Source of the DNA: a virus
Lineage: Duplodnaviria > Heunggongvirae > Uroviricota > Caudoviricetes
Virus record (IMG/VR): IMGVR_UViG_3300028833_000002
Strand: one strand, 5' to 3'
Length of the DNA stretch: 64,000 nucleotides
Shown here: positions 23,029 through 31,553 of the stretch, in pieces
Numbering within the stretch: position 1 is the first letter of the stretch
Layout: each line of letters opens with the position of its first letter
Notes under the pieces: generated by a model
Told to the model about the DNA's origin: nothing
Database searches by the model: none
Seen by the model: only the letters and a program-made list of their open reading frames with translations
Translations under genes and position numbers: made by a program

Positions 23029-23991
23029 ATGAAGCATAACTTCTCAATATATGATGAAAGACCAATTTTTACAATGCTTATGGGTTTACCGGGCAGTGGT
23101 AAGTCTACATTTGCAAATGAAGTAGTAACTGCTGACAGCCTTACATCTGTTCTTATATCTTCTGATTCTCTTAGAGAGGAATTGTTTGGAGATGTAAATG
23201 ACCAGACACATAACACAGAAGTATTTGAAGAAATGCATAGAAGAACTATTGTTGCACTTAAAGAAGGTAAGGACGTATTCTATGATGCGACAAATCTTTC
23301 CGGCAAGCGTAGAAAGGCTTTCCTTAATTCTCTTAATGGTTTAAAGAATAAGGTTCATAAGAGAATTATGGTATTTGCTACTCCAGTAGAACTTTGTATT
23401 GCAAGAAATCACCGTAGAGAACGTAAGGTTCCTACAGAAGTAATTGAAAGAATGTATAAAACACTTACAATGCCGCGATATACTGAAGGATGGGATAGTA
23501 TTGTTTACTGGAGAGATGATTCCGTAAATATTACACCAGACTTCTATTACGTAGACAGCATTGATAATGACCACGATAGCCACTGGCACCCAAGAAATAT
23601 CGCAGACCACATGGATGCTGTTTATGATTACGTAAGCAAGAATTGTGAGGAACGTGGTCTTAAATGTGATACAATTCTTAGAGCCGCAAAGTATCATGAC
23701 GTAGGTAAGCCTTACGTTAAGTCAAGAATCAACAATCGCGGCGAAGTTGATATAGAATCACACTATTACAACCACGAAAATGTAGGTGCATATATCCTTG
23801 CTTGTTGCGGCGAAAGCGACTACACAGTTGCTCTTGTTCAGTATCACATGGATATTATGCGTGAATCACATGATAAGAATGACTTCGACCCAAGAGCTAC
23901 AAAGGCTTATAAGGATTTCGTAGATGGCTATGGTGAAAAGATGGCTGAATGTTTAGTGCTTATCAATGAAGCAGATAGGAAAATGGCATAA
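23029..23991 (+). CDS. P-loop polynucleotide-kinase-like N-domain fused to an HD phosphohydrolase domain (Pnkp-like RNA/DNA end-healing enzyme)
   Basis: A Walker A motif GLPGSGKST is present. The C-terminal half carries an HD motif (KYHDVGKP) and additional His/Asp residues. Confidence 0.6.
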   Translation: MKHNFSIYDERPIFTMLMGLPGSGKSTFANEVVTADSLTSVLISSDSLREELFGDVNDQTHNTEVFEEMHRRTIVALKEGKDVFYDATNLSGKRRKAFLNSLNGLKNKVHKRIMVFATPVELCIARNHRRERKVPTEVIERMYKTLTMPRYTEGWDSIVYWRDDSVNITPDFYYVDSIDNDHDSHWHPRNIADHMDAVYDYVSKNCEERGLKCDTILRAAKYHDVGKPYVKSRINNRGEVDIESHYYNHENVGAYILACCGESDYTVALVQYHMDIMRESHDKNDFDPRATKAYKDFVDGYGEKMAECLVLINEADRKMA

Positions 23992-24004
23992 GAGGTGAAA
24001 GAAA

Positions 24005-24388
24005 ATGAAAGATGGACCAATAACGCTCAATCGAGCAATAAAATGTTATACTCCGCTGCGAAGTCATAATAAAAAGGCATCTGAGGATTTTCTTAAAAAG
24101 TGGAATTTCCATTATGAAGATGCTTGGAACTTAGACTATGAAATTGCATACTTTATTCTTGTGCGGCTAGTGTTATACAAAGAAAACAAGCATGGTATTC
24201 CGGGACGCCTTGGGGAGGGAGATTTTAGAGCCCTTGAAAGAAAATGGGACACTATATTAGACAAGATGATTCGAGCCTTCTATTTCTATATAGCTATAGA
24301 TGACTATGACCGCACTCCTCGAATGACAAAGGTTATTGAAAAAGGTTTTAAACTTTTTTCTGATTACTACTACAGTTTATGGGATTAA
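24005..24388 (+). CDS. hypothetical protein
   Basis: A ribosome-binding site is present. Confidence 0.5.
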   Translation: MKDGPITLNRAIKCYTPLRSHNKKASEDFLKKWNFHYEDAWNLDYEIAYFILVRLVLYKENKHGIPGRLGEGDFRALERKWDTILDKMIRAFYFYIAIDDYDRTPRMTKVIEKGFKLFSDYYYSLWD

Positions 24389-24397
24389 GTGAAACTC

Positions 24398-24426
24398 TTT
24401 ACTTTTAGTGAGAGATATGTTATAAT
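24398..24426 (+). promoter_or_regulatory. promoter family copy driving the suppressor tRNA (about 290-nt leader)
   Basis: TTTACT-17-TATGTTATAAT. Confidence 0.55.
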
Positions 24427-24713
24427 ATAAATATAGTAAAAAGCACGAGTCAGTCGTGTAACAGTTATATAGCGAAGGTTCAGACTTCAATAAGTAGGGC
24501 GTAAGCCGCGAAAACATTGGCTTCTGTTCAAAAAAGAGTCGCTGGTTGTACATACAAGATATGTACATGTAAGGGAAGAAGATGTTGGGTGCGCAGAGCA
24601 TGGGATACCTTCTCAACATCCAGACCTACTACAAGCTCTGTTTAGGCTGTCACTATCTTGCCCATGTGATAGCCGGTCGAAGGGATTCCGATGGCAATAG
24701 GAATTCCATATGC

Positions 24714-24788
24714 TTCCACGTCGTCAAGAGGCTCAAGACACCGCTCTCTAAAAGCGGCATTTCGAAGGTTCGAATCCTTCCGTGGAAA
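24714..24788 (+). tRNA. amber suppressor tRNA, anticodon CUA (reads UAG); Gln-like body with U1:A72
   Basis: The acceptor is ttccacg/cgtggaa. The anticodon arm is ccgct-ctCTAaa-agcgg. The T-arm is gaagg-ttcgaat-ccttc. It has its own promoter at 24398. Confidence 0.7.
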
Positions 24789-24834
24789 TCGCGGCAATCC
24801 GCAAATAAAATATTTTAAAAAGAGGTAATAATTT

Positions 24835-25191
24835 ATGTACAAATGTCCAGTATGCAATTTTTCAACAGATGATATTGTTGCTTACAGCGAACACATCGCA
24901 AAGGAAGCTGACAAGGAAGTAAAGGCTCAGAAGGATAAGGAGCTGAAGATTAAGGAAAAGGCAGAACAGGAAATCACAGATGGTATCAAGGCTATCAATG
25001 CTAAGATTAAGGCTTACAATGACAAGTATGGTAAGACCGACAACATTAAGGAACTTAGATTCTGTAAGGAAGGTAAAGTTGTTTTTCGCGGCGCAAGGTC
25101 TGATTGCCCTGTAGTAGAAGACCCACTTGCCGACATAAGCACAGAAGACTTTGAAAAGCTCATTAATAGCGTATTTGACCTTACAAACTAA
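24835..25191 (+). CDS. zinc-finger-like (CPVC) coiled-coil protein
   Basis: A GAGG ribosome-binding site is present. Confidence 0.5.
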   Translation: MYKCPVCNFSTDDIVAYSEHIAKEADKEVKAQKDKELKIKEKAEQEITDGIKAINAKIKAYNDKYGKTDNIKELRFCKEGKVVFRGARSDCPVVEDPLADISTEDFEKLINSVFDLTN

Positions 25192-25200
25192 GGAGCAGCC

Positions 25201-25365
25201 ATGAAAAGATATAAGGACTATTCAAAAGATTTTGACAAGGCTGAACCAATGGATGTCATACCAAACGAGTACAAGAAGAAGAAAGAAAAGGATTCAGAGC
25301 GCAGACGTTCTAAGCGCAAGAGAGATAATTATTACGATGATGATGACGAGGAGGACTACGAATGA
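25201..25365 (+). CDS. small highly charged protein (54 aa)
   Basis: An AAGGAG ribosome-binding site is present. It is not in the track because it is shorter than 60 aa. Confidence 0.35.
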   Translation: MKRYKDYSKDFDKAEPMDVIPNEYKKKKEKDSERRRSKRKRDNYYDDDDEEDYE

Positions 25366-25682
25366 TAGTTAACGGTAAAATTGGTGCAACAGCACTCGCA
25401 GGCAATGGCGGTGTAATTGCAGTAGCTACAAAGATTGATGGTAATAAGGCAGAAGCTCAGATTCCGGTTAAGCTGGAGGACATTGGCAAGGTTCTTGCAA
25501 TTGCAGAAGTTCCTGTTTGGGAAAACCTTGTTGGGGCTTCAATTAGAATTAATTATGTTCAGAATGAGGATGGCGATTATGCTATTACCAATATCCTGAA
25601 CTATCTTGAAGACAATGTGTCTATTGAGATTGATAATTCAGAACCAGAGCCGGAAGCTGTAGAAGCAGAACCAGCTGAATAA
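25362..25682 (+). CDS. hypothetical protein
   Basis: Overlapping stop and start. Confidence 0.5.
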   Translation: MIVNGKIGATALAGNGGVIAVATKIDGNKAEAQIPVKLEDIGKVLAIAEVPVWENLVGASIRINYVQNEDGDYAITNILNYLEDNVSIEIDNSEPEPEAVEAEPAE

Positions 25683-25698
25683 TTTCCATAAAATACCA

Positions 25699-25736
25699 AA
25701 AGTGTCAGTGTTTATAAAGCATTGACACTTTTTTTA
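25699..25736 (+). terminator. rho-independent terminator (overlaps the -35 of the next promoter)
   Basis: Hairpin aaagtgtca/tgacacttt followed by TTTTTTT. Confidence 0.55.
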
Positions 25737-25750
25737 ATTTGTGATATAAT
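25723..25750 (+). promoter_or_regulatory. promoter family copy
   Basis: TTGACA-16-TGTGATATAAT followed by TTATAGAAAGTTAAGAAAGGAG. Confidence 0.55.
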
Positions 25751-25781
25751 TATTATAGAAAGTTAAGAAAGGAGTAAGACA

Positions 25782-26072
25782 ATGGCAAGGATAACACAGG
25801 AACAAATTGAACAGATTAATGAACTTTATCTTATTCATAAGAATAAATCGTTGGTTGCAAGACTGGTTGGTGTATCTGTTGCTTCGGTAAATAAGTATTT
25901 AATACCCGGATATGCCGGCAAAGATAGCGTAGAAGTGAACACAGACTTTGATGAAAGCAAAATTACCGGCCCGGCAGAATATGAAACATGGCAGAGTTTT
26001 CTTGATGGCTGTAGACTTACACCGGAAGAATGGGCAATGCTTAAGGAATTACAGAATGAGGTGCTTATATGA
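25782..26072 (+). CDS. HTH DNA-binding protein (sigma-region-4/resolvase-like helix-turn-helix)
   Basis: The helix-turn-helix is SLVARLVGVSVASVNKYL. An AAGAAAGGAG ribosome-binding site is present. Confidence 0.5.
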   Translation: MARITQEQIEQINELYLIHKNKSLVARLVGVSVASVNKYLIPGYAGKDSVEVNTDFDESKITGPAEYETWQSFLDGCRLTPEEWAMLKELQNEVLI

Positions 26073-26377
26073 AGTACATACCAAGAGAAATGTTTACCGA
26101 CGGACAATATCTTGCCGCGATTGATAGCATTGATTTTATTTCTGACAATGGATTAATCTTTGATGGAAGTTTTCATGTTATCGGCGCAAGACTTATGGGT
26201 TTATCTTACCCAGACTATCTTAGGTATCTTCGTTCAAAGGGAGCTACCTTAAAAGGTAAGACTGGATATACTTATGCTTATTTTAAGGATAAAGATAAGT
26301 GTCAGAAGGTTTGTGATGTATTAAATACAAAGGCAATAGAATTAACTAATAAAATGAAGGGGAAGGCATATGTTTAA
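26069..26377 (+). CDS. hypothetical protein
   Basis: Overlapping stop and start. Confidence 0.5.
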   Translation: MKYIPREMFTDGQYLAAIDSIDFISDNGLIFDGSFHVIGARLMGLSYPDYLRYLRSKGATLKGKTGYTYAYFKDKDKCQKVCDVLNTKAIELTNKMKGKAYV

Positions 26378-26606
26378 GAAAATACCAAAATATTTTTATT
26401 TAGGCAAGGCATGGATTGTAGCAAAGGAAGGCGGCTATTGTGAAACTACTTTGGCTGTAGATTCGGGCGAAATTATTAACTGGGAAAATGAAGTCTTTGG
26501 TAGAAATGCCGAGGAAGTTATAATTGAATATTATGAACTGCTTGGCGGAAAGATGGTATATCAGGGCAAGGAAGTCATAACAAGAGAAACTTGGAGTGAG
26601 AGATAA
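26370..26606 (+). CDS. hypothetical protein Confidence 0.45.
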   Translation: MFKKIPKYFYLGKAWIVAKEGGYCETTLAVDSGEIINWENEVFGRNAEEVIIEYYELLGGKMVYQGKEVITRETWSER

Positions 26607-27178
26607 TGAAGCGTTTGTCTTTTTATATGTTGCTTGCCGCGTTCTTGTCCGGCTTATTCTATTCCGCATCGTATCCTTATATCTATGCAGAAACAGTAAA
26701 GGCGGTAACCCAAGGTTATATTAGCTTTGAGTCTGTTTTTGCTTGCTTGGGTAGCATTGTATTTTGCGGCTTATGGAATAAGTATAGTGATAAACTATTT
26801 CGCGGCTATCGAATCATACTTTGGTTGGAAGTTTTGTTTGACGTGATATTGTTTGTTGATGTGTTGATACGAGGTGATTTGAAATTTTACTTTGTGTTTA
26901 ATATTATTATCTATAGTATTATCACTAAGAACTTAGCTTGTGGCGGCACGAAGATGCGAGCAATTGTTAATCCAACAGAAAAGCAAAGAGAGTGGTATGA
27001 TAACTCATGTAATATTGTATGTTCCGCTGCGACCCTTATAGGCGTTGGTATGACAACGATTTTAAAGCCGAGTTTGACTATGCTTTTTGTATTGGCTCTT
27101 TGCGGCAATATAATAGATAATTTTATATATTTAGGTATCTATGGTAAGATTATAAAGGAGAGAAAATGTAATGTGTGA
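26606..27178 (+). CDS. multi-pass membrane protein
   Basis: Several hydrophobic segments are present. Confidence 0.5.
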   Translation: MKRLSFYMLLAAFLSGLFYSASYPYIYAETVKAVTQGYISFESVFACLGSIVFCGLWNKYSDKLFRGYRIILWLEVLFDVILFVDVLIRGDLKFYFVFNIIIYSIITKNLACGGTKMRAIVNPTEKQREWYDNSCNIVCSAATLIGVGMTTILKPSLTMLFVLALCGNIIDNFIYLGIYGKIIKERKCNV

Positions 27179-27419
27179 AGAAAAAATGAATGAGAAACTT
27201 GTATTCTCTTACTATGAAATAGTTAATAGTGTAAGTGAAATGCGGTCAAGAGTTTCGGGAAGGTATATTACGCTAGAAGATGCAGAAGAAGCATTAAAAG
27301 ACTGTTGTGACTGGTATCGCCCGAAAGGTACTGGTACAATTAATATAGTAGAGTTTTATCTTAATCCAAAAACAAATTGTATAAATAAGACTAAACGAAA
27401 AATTCTTAGTGTCTTTTAA
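27171..27419 (+). CDS. hypothetical protein Confidence 0.45.
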   Translation: MCEEKMNEKLVFSYYEIVNSVSEMRSRVSGRYITLEDAEEALKDCCDWYRPKGTGTINIVEFYLNPKTNCINKTKRKILSVF

Positions 27420-27432
27420 AGGAGAAATAATT

Positions 27433-27699
27433 ATGAATAAACTAAAGTGGAGTAAGAAAGAAGATTGTACGTGGATTCCGGGCTTTATAGCAACAGTTGC
27501 AATAATTTTGGTGCTTATTGCTGTGGGCATGAGAATTAACCAAGGTAAAAAAACTAATGCAATTATGTATTGCGGCGATAAAACTTATTATATTGATACA
27601 TATTCAATTCCGGGAATCTATATTATAGCCACTGATATATATGGTCAAAAATTATATCTTCCAGTAAACAATACAATAATTAAAAAAGTTAGCAATTAA
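27433..27699 (+). CDS. small membrane protein
   Basis: A GGAG ribosome-binding site precedes the ATG at 27433, which lies within the track ORF starting at 27409. Confidence 0.45.
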   Translation: MNKLKWSKKEDCTWIPGFIATVAIILVLIAVGMRINQGKKTNAIMYCGDKTYYIDTYSIPGIYIIATDIYGQKLYLPVNNTIIKKVSN

Positions 27700-27710
27700 G
27701 GAGTGACATT

Positions 27711-28052
27711 ATGGAAAAGCGTCAGGCTTTCTATCTCTATCTTGATGATATACGTGAGATAGACCCTATATGCAACCAATTTAAATATTACAAGCATTGT
27801 CATGTGGTTGATGAAGCAAAGTTTTTTGTTCAGTCAGCTATTAGTATTGGAGCGACTGAAATTTGGTTTGACCTTGACCACGACCTTGGCGACTATGCCC
27901 CATATGGTGGGGATGGTATTGAGTTAGTTAATTGGCTTGTTGAGATGTATCATGACAAGAACGTTGACTTCAAATTCCATTTCCATTCTATGAACCCTGT
28001 CGGCGTTCAGAATATGAGAAATGCAATTGAAAAGTATTGGGAGGAATTTTAA
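27711..28052 (+). CDS. hypothetical protein
   Basis: A ribosome-binding site is present. Confidence 0.5.
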   Translation: MEKRQAFYLYLDDIREIDPICNQFKYYKHCHVVDEAKFFVQSAISIGATEIWFDLDHDLGDYAPYGGDGIELVNWLVEMYHDKNVDFKFHFHSMNPVGVQNMRNAIEKYWEEF

Positions 28053-28534
28053 TGATTTATGTAAAAGGTAATCTTTTGGAATCACCTGTTCATATTATCG
28101 CCCATCAGGTAAACTGTCTGGGCATCATGGGTGGCGGCATTGCTCTTCAGATTAAGAATAAGTGGCCAAGGGTATTTGAGGACTATAAGGAATTTATTGA
28201 GGATTGGGAATACTGTAATGATGGAGAGCTTCCGCTCGGTCATTGTTTACCAGTAAGACTTAATAATGAACAAAGAACTGTTATTAATATCTTTGGTCAG
28301 AATGGAATTGGCGGCATGGCAACAGACTACGATGCTGTAAGAAAGGCTTTTATTGAACTTAAAGAATATCTCGTTACCGATAAAATATATAGGCATGACT
28401 CACAAATTCCAGTTGGTATCCCATACAAAATGGGTTGTGGACTTGGCGGCGGAGATTGGGACACTTATCGCAAAATGCTTCAGGAGCTTGAAGACGAATA
28501 CAATTTCCTTTTTATTGCTCACGTTTTGGGATAA
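28052..28534 (+). CDS. Macro domain protein (ADP-ribose / Appr-1''-p processing)
   Basis: The macro signature is HQVNCLGIMGGGIALQI. The start is at ATG 28052 after a GGGAGGA ribosome-binding site. Confidence 0.6.
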   Translation: MIYVKGNLLESPVHIIAHQVNCLGIMGGGIALQIKNKWPRVFEDYKEFIEDWEYCNDGELPLGHCLPVRLNNEQRTVINIFGQNGIGGMATDYDAVRKAFIELKEYLVTDKIYRHDSQIPVGIPYKMGCGLGGGDWDTYRKMLQELEDEYNFLFIAHVLG

Positions 28535-28545
28535 ACTGGTAGGTC

Positions 28546-28574
28546 TTTACTTTTATCTTAACTTGTGTTATAAT
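28546..28574 (+). promoter_or_regulatory. promoter family copy
   Basis: TTTACT-17-TGTGTTATAAT followed by ATATACAGAAAGTTAAGAGAGGAG. Confidence 0.6.
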
Positions 28575-28605
28575 ATATACAGAAAGTTAAGAGAGGAGAA
28601 AAGAA

Positions 28606-28902
28606 ATGTTTACTTGTAAAGAGTGCGATTTCTACCTTCAGAAATTTAAAGGACAATGCTCCGACCCTAGTGAAAACTGCGGACACAAGAGTGATTGCTA
28701 TGGTTGGTGCGATAAATATGACATAGATGTCTGTGGCTACGGTTCTCGTGATTGTGTTACAATAACATCTTGCGGCGAATGCAAGAACTTTAAACTCTAT
28801 GAGGACGGTCCTCATAATGAGTATGAAGGCTATTGTACAGTAGATGGTATGTGTAGACATGACGGAGCGGGAGCGGGGTGTGAAGATTTTGAAGAAAGAT
28901 GA
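28606..28902 (+). CDS. Cys-rich small protein
   Basis: Its own promoter copy lies upstream. Confidence 0.5.
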   Translation: MFTCKECDFYLQKFKGQCSDPSENCGHKSDCYGWCDKYDIDVCGYGSRDCVTITSCGECKNFKLYEDGPHNEYEGYCTVDGMCRHDGAGAGCEDFEER

Positions 28903-28906
28903 AAAT

Positions 28907-29113
28907 ATGCTTGATAATTGGAAAACCAATATACTTGACAATTGGAGAGCTGTAGATATAGAAGGTATTAAATCCGTAATAGCATATCGCGGTCATATTT
29001 TTCTCGACATTGAGGAATTACATCAATGGAAAATAGAAAATGAGTGGAATGGTATTGATATTGCTGTAACCAAAGAAGATATATTAAGAGAAGGAGAAAT
29101 ATATAATGACTAA
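28907..29113 (+). CDS. hypothetical protein Confidence 0.4.
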   Translation: MLDNWKTNILDNWRAVDIEGIKSVIAYRGHIFLDIEELHQWKIENEWNGIDIAVTKEDILREGEIYND

Positions 29114-29918
29114 AGATTCATTAGGTAATAGAATGAAAACTTATGAGGCTGTTCCAAAGAATTTCCTCATGAGAAAAAACCCTGTTATCATTAGGCTGGA
29201 TGGCAAGGCCTTTCATACGTTCACTCGTGGTTTTGAAAAGCCGTTCGATAAAATCATTGAAACAGCCATGACACAAACCATGCTTTATCTTTGTAAAAAC
29301 ATACAGGGTTGTGTTCTTGGCTACACCCAGTCTGACGAGATTACTCTTATTCTCTGTGACTATCAGAAAGTTGATACAGCCGCATGGTTTGATTACAATG
29401 TTCAGAAAATGGTTTCTATCTCTGCGGCCATGGCGACATATGCTTTTAACATGGTTCTTGAAAATATCGCGGCGGATTTATTTGCCGAAGCTGGTAATCA
29501 GACAACTGAGATGACCGACCTCCTCATGAGAAAGATAGACAAGGGCGCATTCTTTGATGCACGTGCGTTCTCACTTCCTCGTAATGAGGTAATAAATTGT
29601 CTTATCTGGCGCCAGCAGGATGCAACTCGCAACTCAATTCAAGGCCTTGCGCAGTCGCTCTATTCTCACAAGGAACTTCAGGGCATTAGTTGTAATGAAC
29701 TTCAGGACAAGATGTTTACTGAAAAGGGTGTAAACTGGAATGACCTTACGACTTATCAGAAGCGTGGAGCGTGTGCTGTTCGTAAGATGGTAAACAAAAT
29801 ATCACCTACAAATGCAGTTGTCCCAAGATGTGATTGGGTTATAGATGATGACATTCCTATATTCACGCAAAACAGGGACTATGTTGAAAGTAGGATTAAT
29901 TTTTCTGAAGGAGAATAA
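29106..29918 (+). CDS. Thg1-like protein (tRNA 3'-5' nucleotidyltransferase / tRNA-His guanylyltransferase family)
   Basis: The sequence reads RMKTYEAV...PVIIRLDGKAFHTFTRGFEKPFD...GYTQSDEITLIL. This matches Thg1/TLP signature motifs. Confidence 0.75.
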   Translation: MTKDSLGNRMKTYEAVPKNFLMRKNPVIIRLDGKAFHTFTRGFEKPFDKIIETAMTQTMLYLCKNIQGCVLGYTQSDEITLILCDYQKVDTAAWFDYNVQKMVSISAAMATYAFNMVLENIAADLFAEAGNQTTEMTDLLMRKIDKGAFFDARAFSLPRNEVINCLIWRQQDATRNSIQGLAQSLYSHKELQGISCNELQDKMFTEKGVNWNDLTTYQKRGACAVRKMVNKISPTNAVVPRCDWVIDDDIPIFTQNRDYVESRINFSEGE

Positions 29919-29923
29919 AATTC

Positions 29924-29952
29924 TTTACTTTCTTTTAAAATTATGTTATAAT
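29924..29952 (+). promoter_or_regulatory. promoter family copy
   Basis: TTTACT-17-TATGTTATAAT. Confidence 0.55.
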
Positions 29953-29984
29953 AATTATAGAAATTAAGAAAGGGAGAATGTCAA

Positions 29985-30311
29985 ATGGCTTTCAAAAAAG
30001 GACGTTGGCCGATTATACTTCGTCATAGAGAAGAAGACGGTTCAGAATCTATAATCGTAAAAGTAGTTGATGGTTATTTTTCTTCAGGTGATGTTTTCTA
30101 CCATAAAAACTACCCTAGCGAACGCTACTGGGTATTAACTGATAAAATGACTGGTAGAAGAATCTACGATGCTAAAACACGTAGAGATTGTGCCGACTGG
30201 TATGAATGGAACTATCAAAAGGTACTTGACAAAAGATTAACAGAAGAATATACAGAATGGTGTAATCAGTTCAACGAACTTGTGAAAGAAAGTGAGGTTC
30301 TCCATGAATAA
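29985..30311 (+). CDS. hypothetical protein
   Basis: Its own promoter copy lies upstream. Confidence 0.5.
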   Translation: MAFKKGRWPIILRHREEDGSESIIVKVVDGYFSSGDVFYHKNYPSERYWVLTDKMTGRRIYDAKTRRDCADWYEWNYQKVLDKRLTEEYTEWCNQFNELVKESEVLHE

Positions 30312-30447
30312 AAAGGATAAAAAGAAAATCCTTGAATCAGTTAAGGGTGGCGAGCGTAAGCCGCCAATGCCTTCACCTAAGAGATTCGTGGATAGAAAAC
30401 GTCAGGCAGATAAGGATAAGTGTAGAAAGAAAGGTGAAGATGAATGA
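30304..30447 (+). CDS. small basic protein (47 aa)
   Basis: An AGTGAGG ribosome-binding site is present. The ORF overlaps its neighbours. Confidence 0.3.
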   Translation: MNKKDKKKILESVKGGERKPPMPSPKRFVDRKRQADKDKCRKKGEDE

Positions 30448-30845
30448 GAACAAGGTTTTCGGCTAAAGAACTTACTGAATATGAAAGACTCACAGACGAA
30501 ATAAAAATCGCGGCAAGAGATATAACAAGGAAATTCCGTCCTAGTCTTCCTATGTATGAACCTTGGGCATTTGATTTATATGTTGGTGATTCAACCGTTA
30601 CGATAAAGTGGAGTGGAAGTTGCGATTGTGACCCCGATGAATTTGATGTTCGCTATGAGTGGTTTGACATGACAGATGAAGAACTCGATGAACTTATAGA
30701 TGAAGAAGAAAAGAGAAAAAAGCGGCTAGAAAAATATAAAGAACTCGATAAATTAAAGGTTGATTTAAAGATAAAAACAGCCGCGATTGCTAGAATGGAA
30801 GAACAGATTAAGGATTTACAGGAACAGTTAGGAGAGAGCGAATAA
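30444..30845 (+). CDS. coiled-coil protein Confidence 0.5.
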   Translation: MRTRFSAKELTEYERLTDEIKIAARDITRKFRPSLPMYEPWAFDLYVGDSTVTIKWSGSCDCDPDEFDVRYEWFDMTDEELDELIDEEEKRKKRLEKYKELDKLKVDLKIKTAAIARMEEQIKDLQEQLGESE

Positions 30846-31336
30846 TGGACGGAATGGATGAATGGAGATTTGCCGACGCAAATTGTGATGCAGATGAAGC
30901 CAGATATGAACAGCAGAGAAAAGTGGAAAAGAAAAACGCATACTGTAACATCATTCGTGATTATGGAAAGCTACGTGAAATCGCGGCGAAGATAATTAAT
31001 GCCTTGGATGTTAAGGATGAAGAAGCTGACGAGATAACACAGCATAACATAACAGCATTATATGTGGACAATTCTCATACTACAATTGATATAGAATGGA
31101 TGCAAGTATTTGACGGACGTAGGACAGCCACTGGTTATGTTGAAACAGTTCCAGCAGAGTGGTTTGCGTTAGATGACAGCAGTCTTCGAAGCGTAGTAAA
31201 ATCGTATAAAAAGCAGATACAAGAATTAGTTGAAGGCCTTAAAAAAGATTTAGACACTGCAATAGAAGCCAAAAAGGCGGCCGATGAACGCATTGCTGAG
31301 ATAAAAAGACAACTTTCAAATCTGGAGGGGTACTAA
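30845..31336 (+). CDS. hypothetical protein Confidence 0.5.
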   Translation: MDGMDEWRFADANCDADEARYEQQRKVEKKNAYCNIIRDYGKLREIAAKIINALDVKDEEADEITQHNITALYVDNSHTTIDIEWMQVFDGRRTATGYVETVPAEWFALDDSSLRSVVKSYKKQIQELVEGLKKDLDTAIEAKKAADERIAEIKRQLSNLEGY

Positions 31337-31539
31337 TGGACTATGGTCATGACACCATCCTAAAAATCCTCATGGAACGTGATGGATTATCAGAACTTAA
31401 TGCCGAAAATATTATCGAAGATGTTTCGCGGCAAATCGAGGAATGTATACACCACGGCGACCTAGACGTGCTCGAAGATATAATTGCAGATGAATTAGGT
31501 TTAGAGCCTGATTTCTTAGAATATTTTTTACCAATTTGA
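31336..31539 (+). CDS. hypothetical protein Confidence 0.45.
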   Translation: MDYGHDTILKILMERDGLSELNAENIIEDVSRQIEECIHHGDLDVLEDIIADELGLEPDFLEYFLPI

Positions 31540-31553
31540 GGAGGACATTTTAA

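Noticed and set aside
24582-24857. ORFs 24582-24818 (+) and 24642-24857 (-)
   Set aside because: They overlap the suppressor tRNA gene and its leader. There is no ribosome-binding site.
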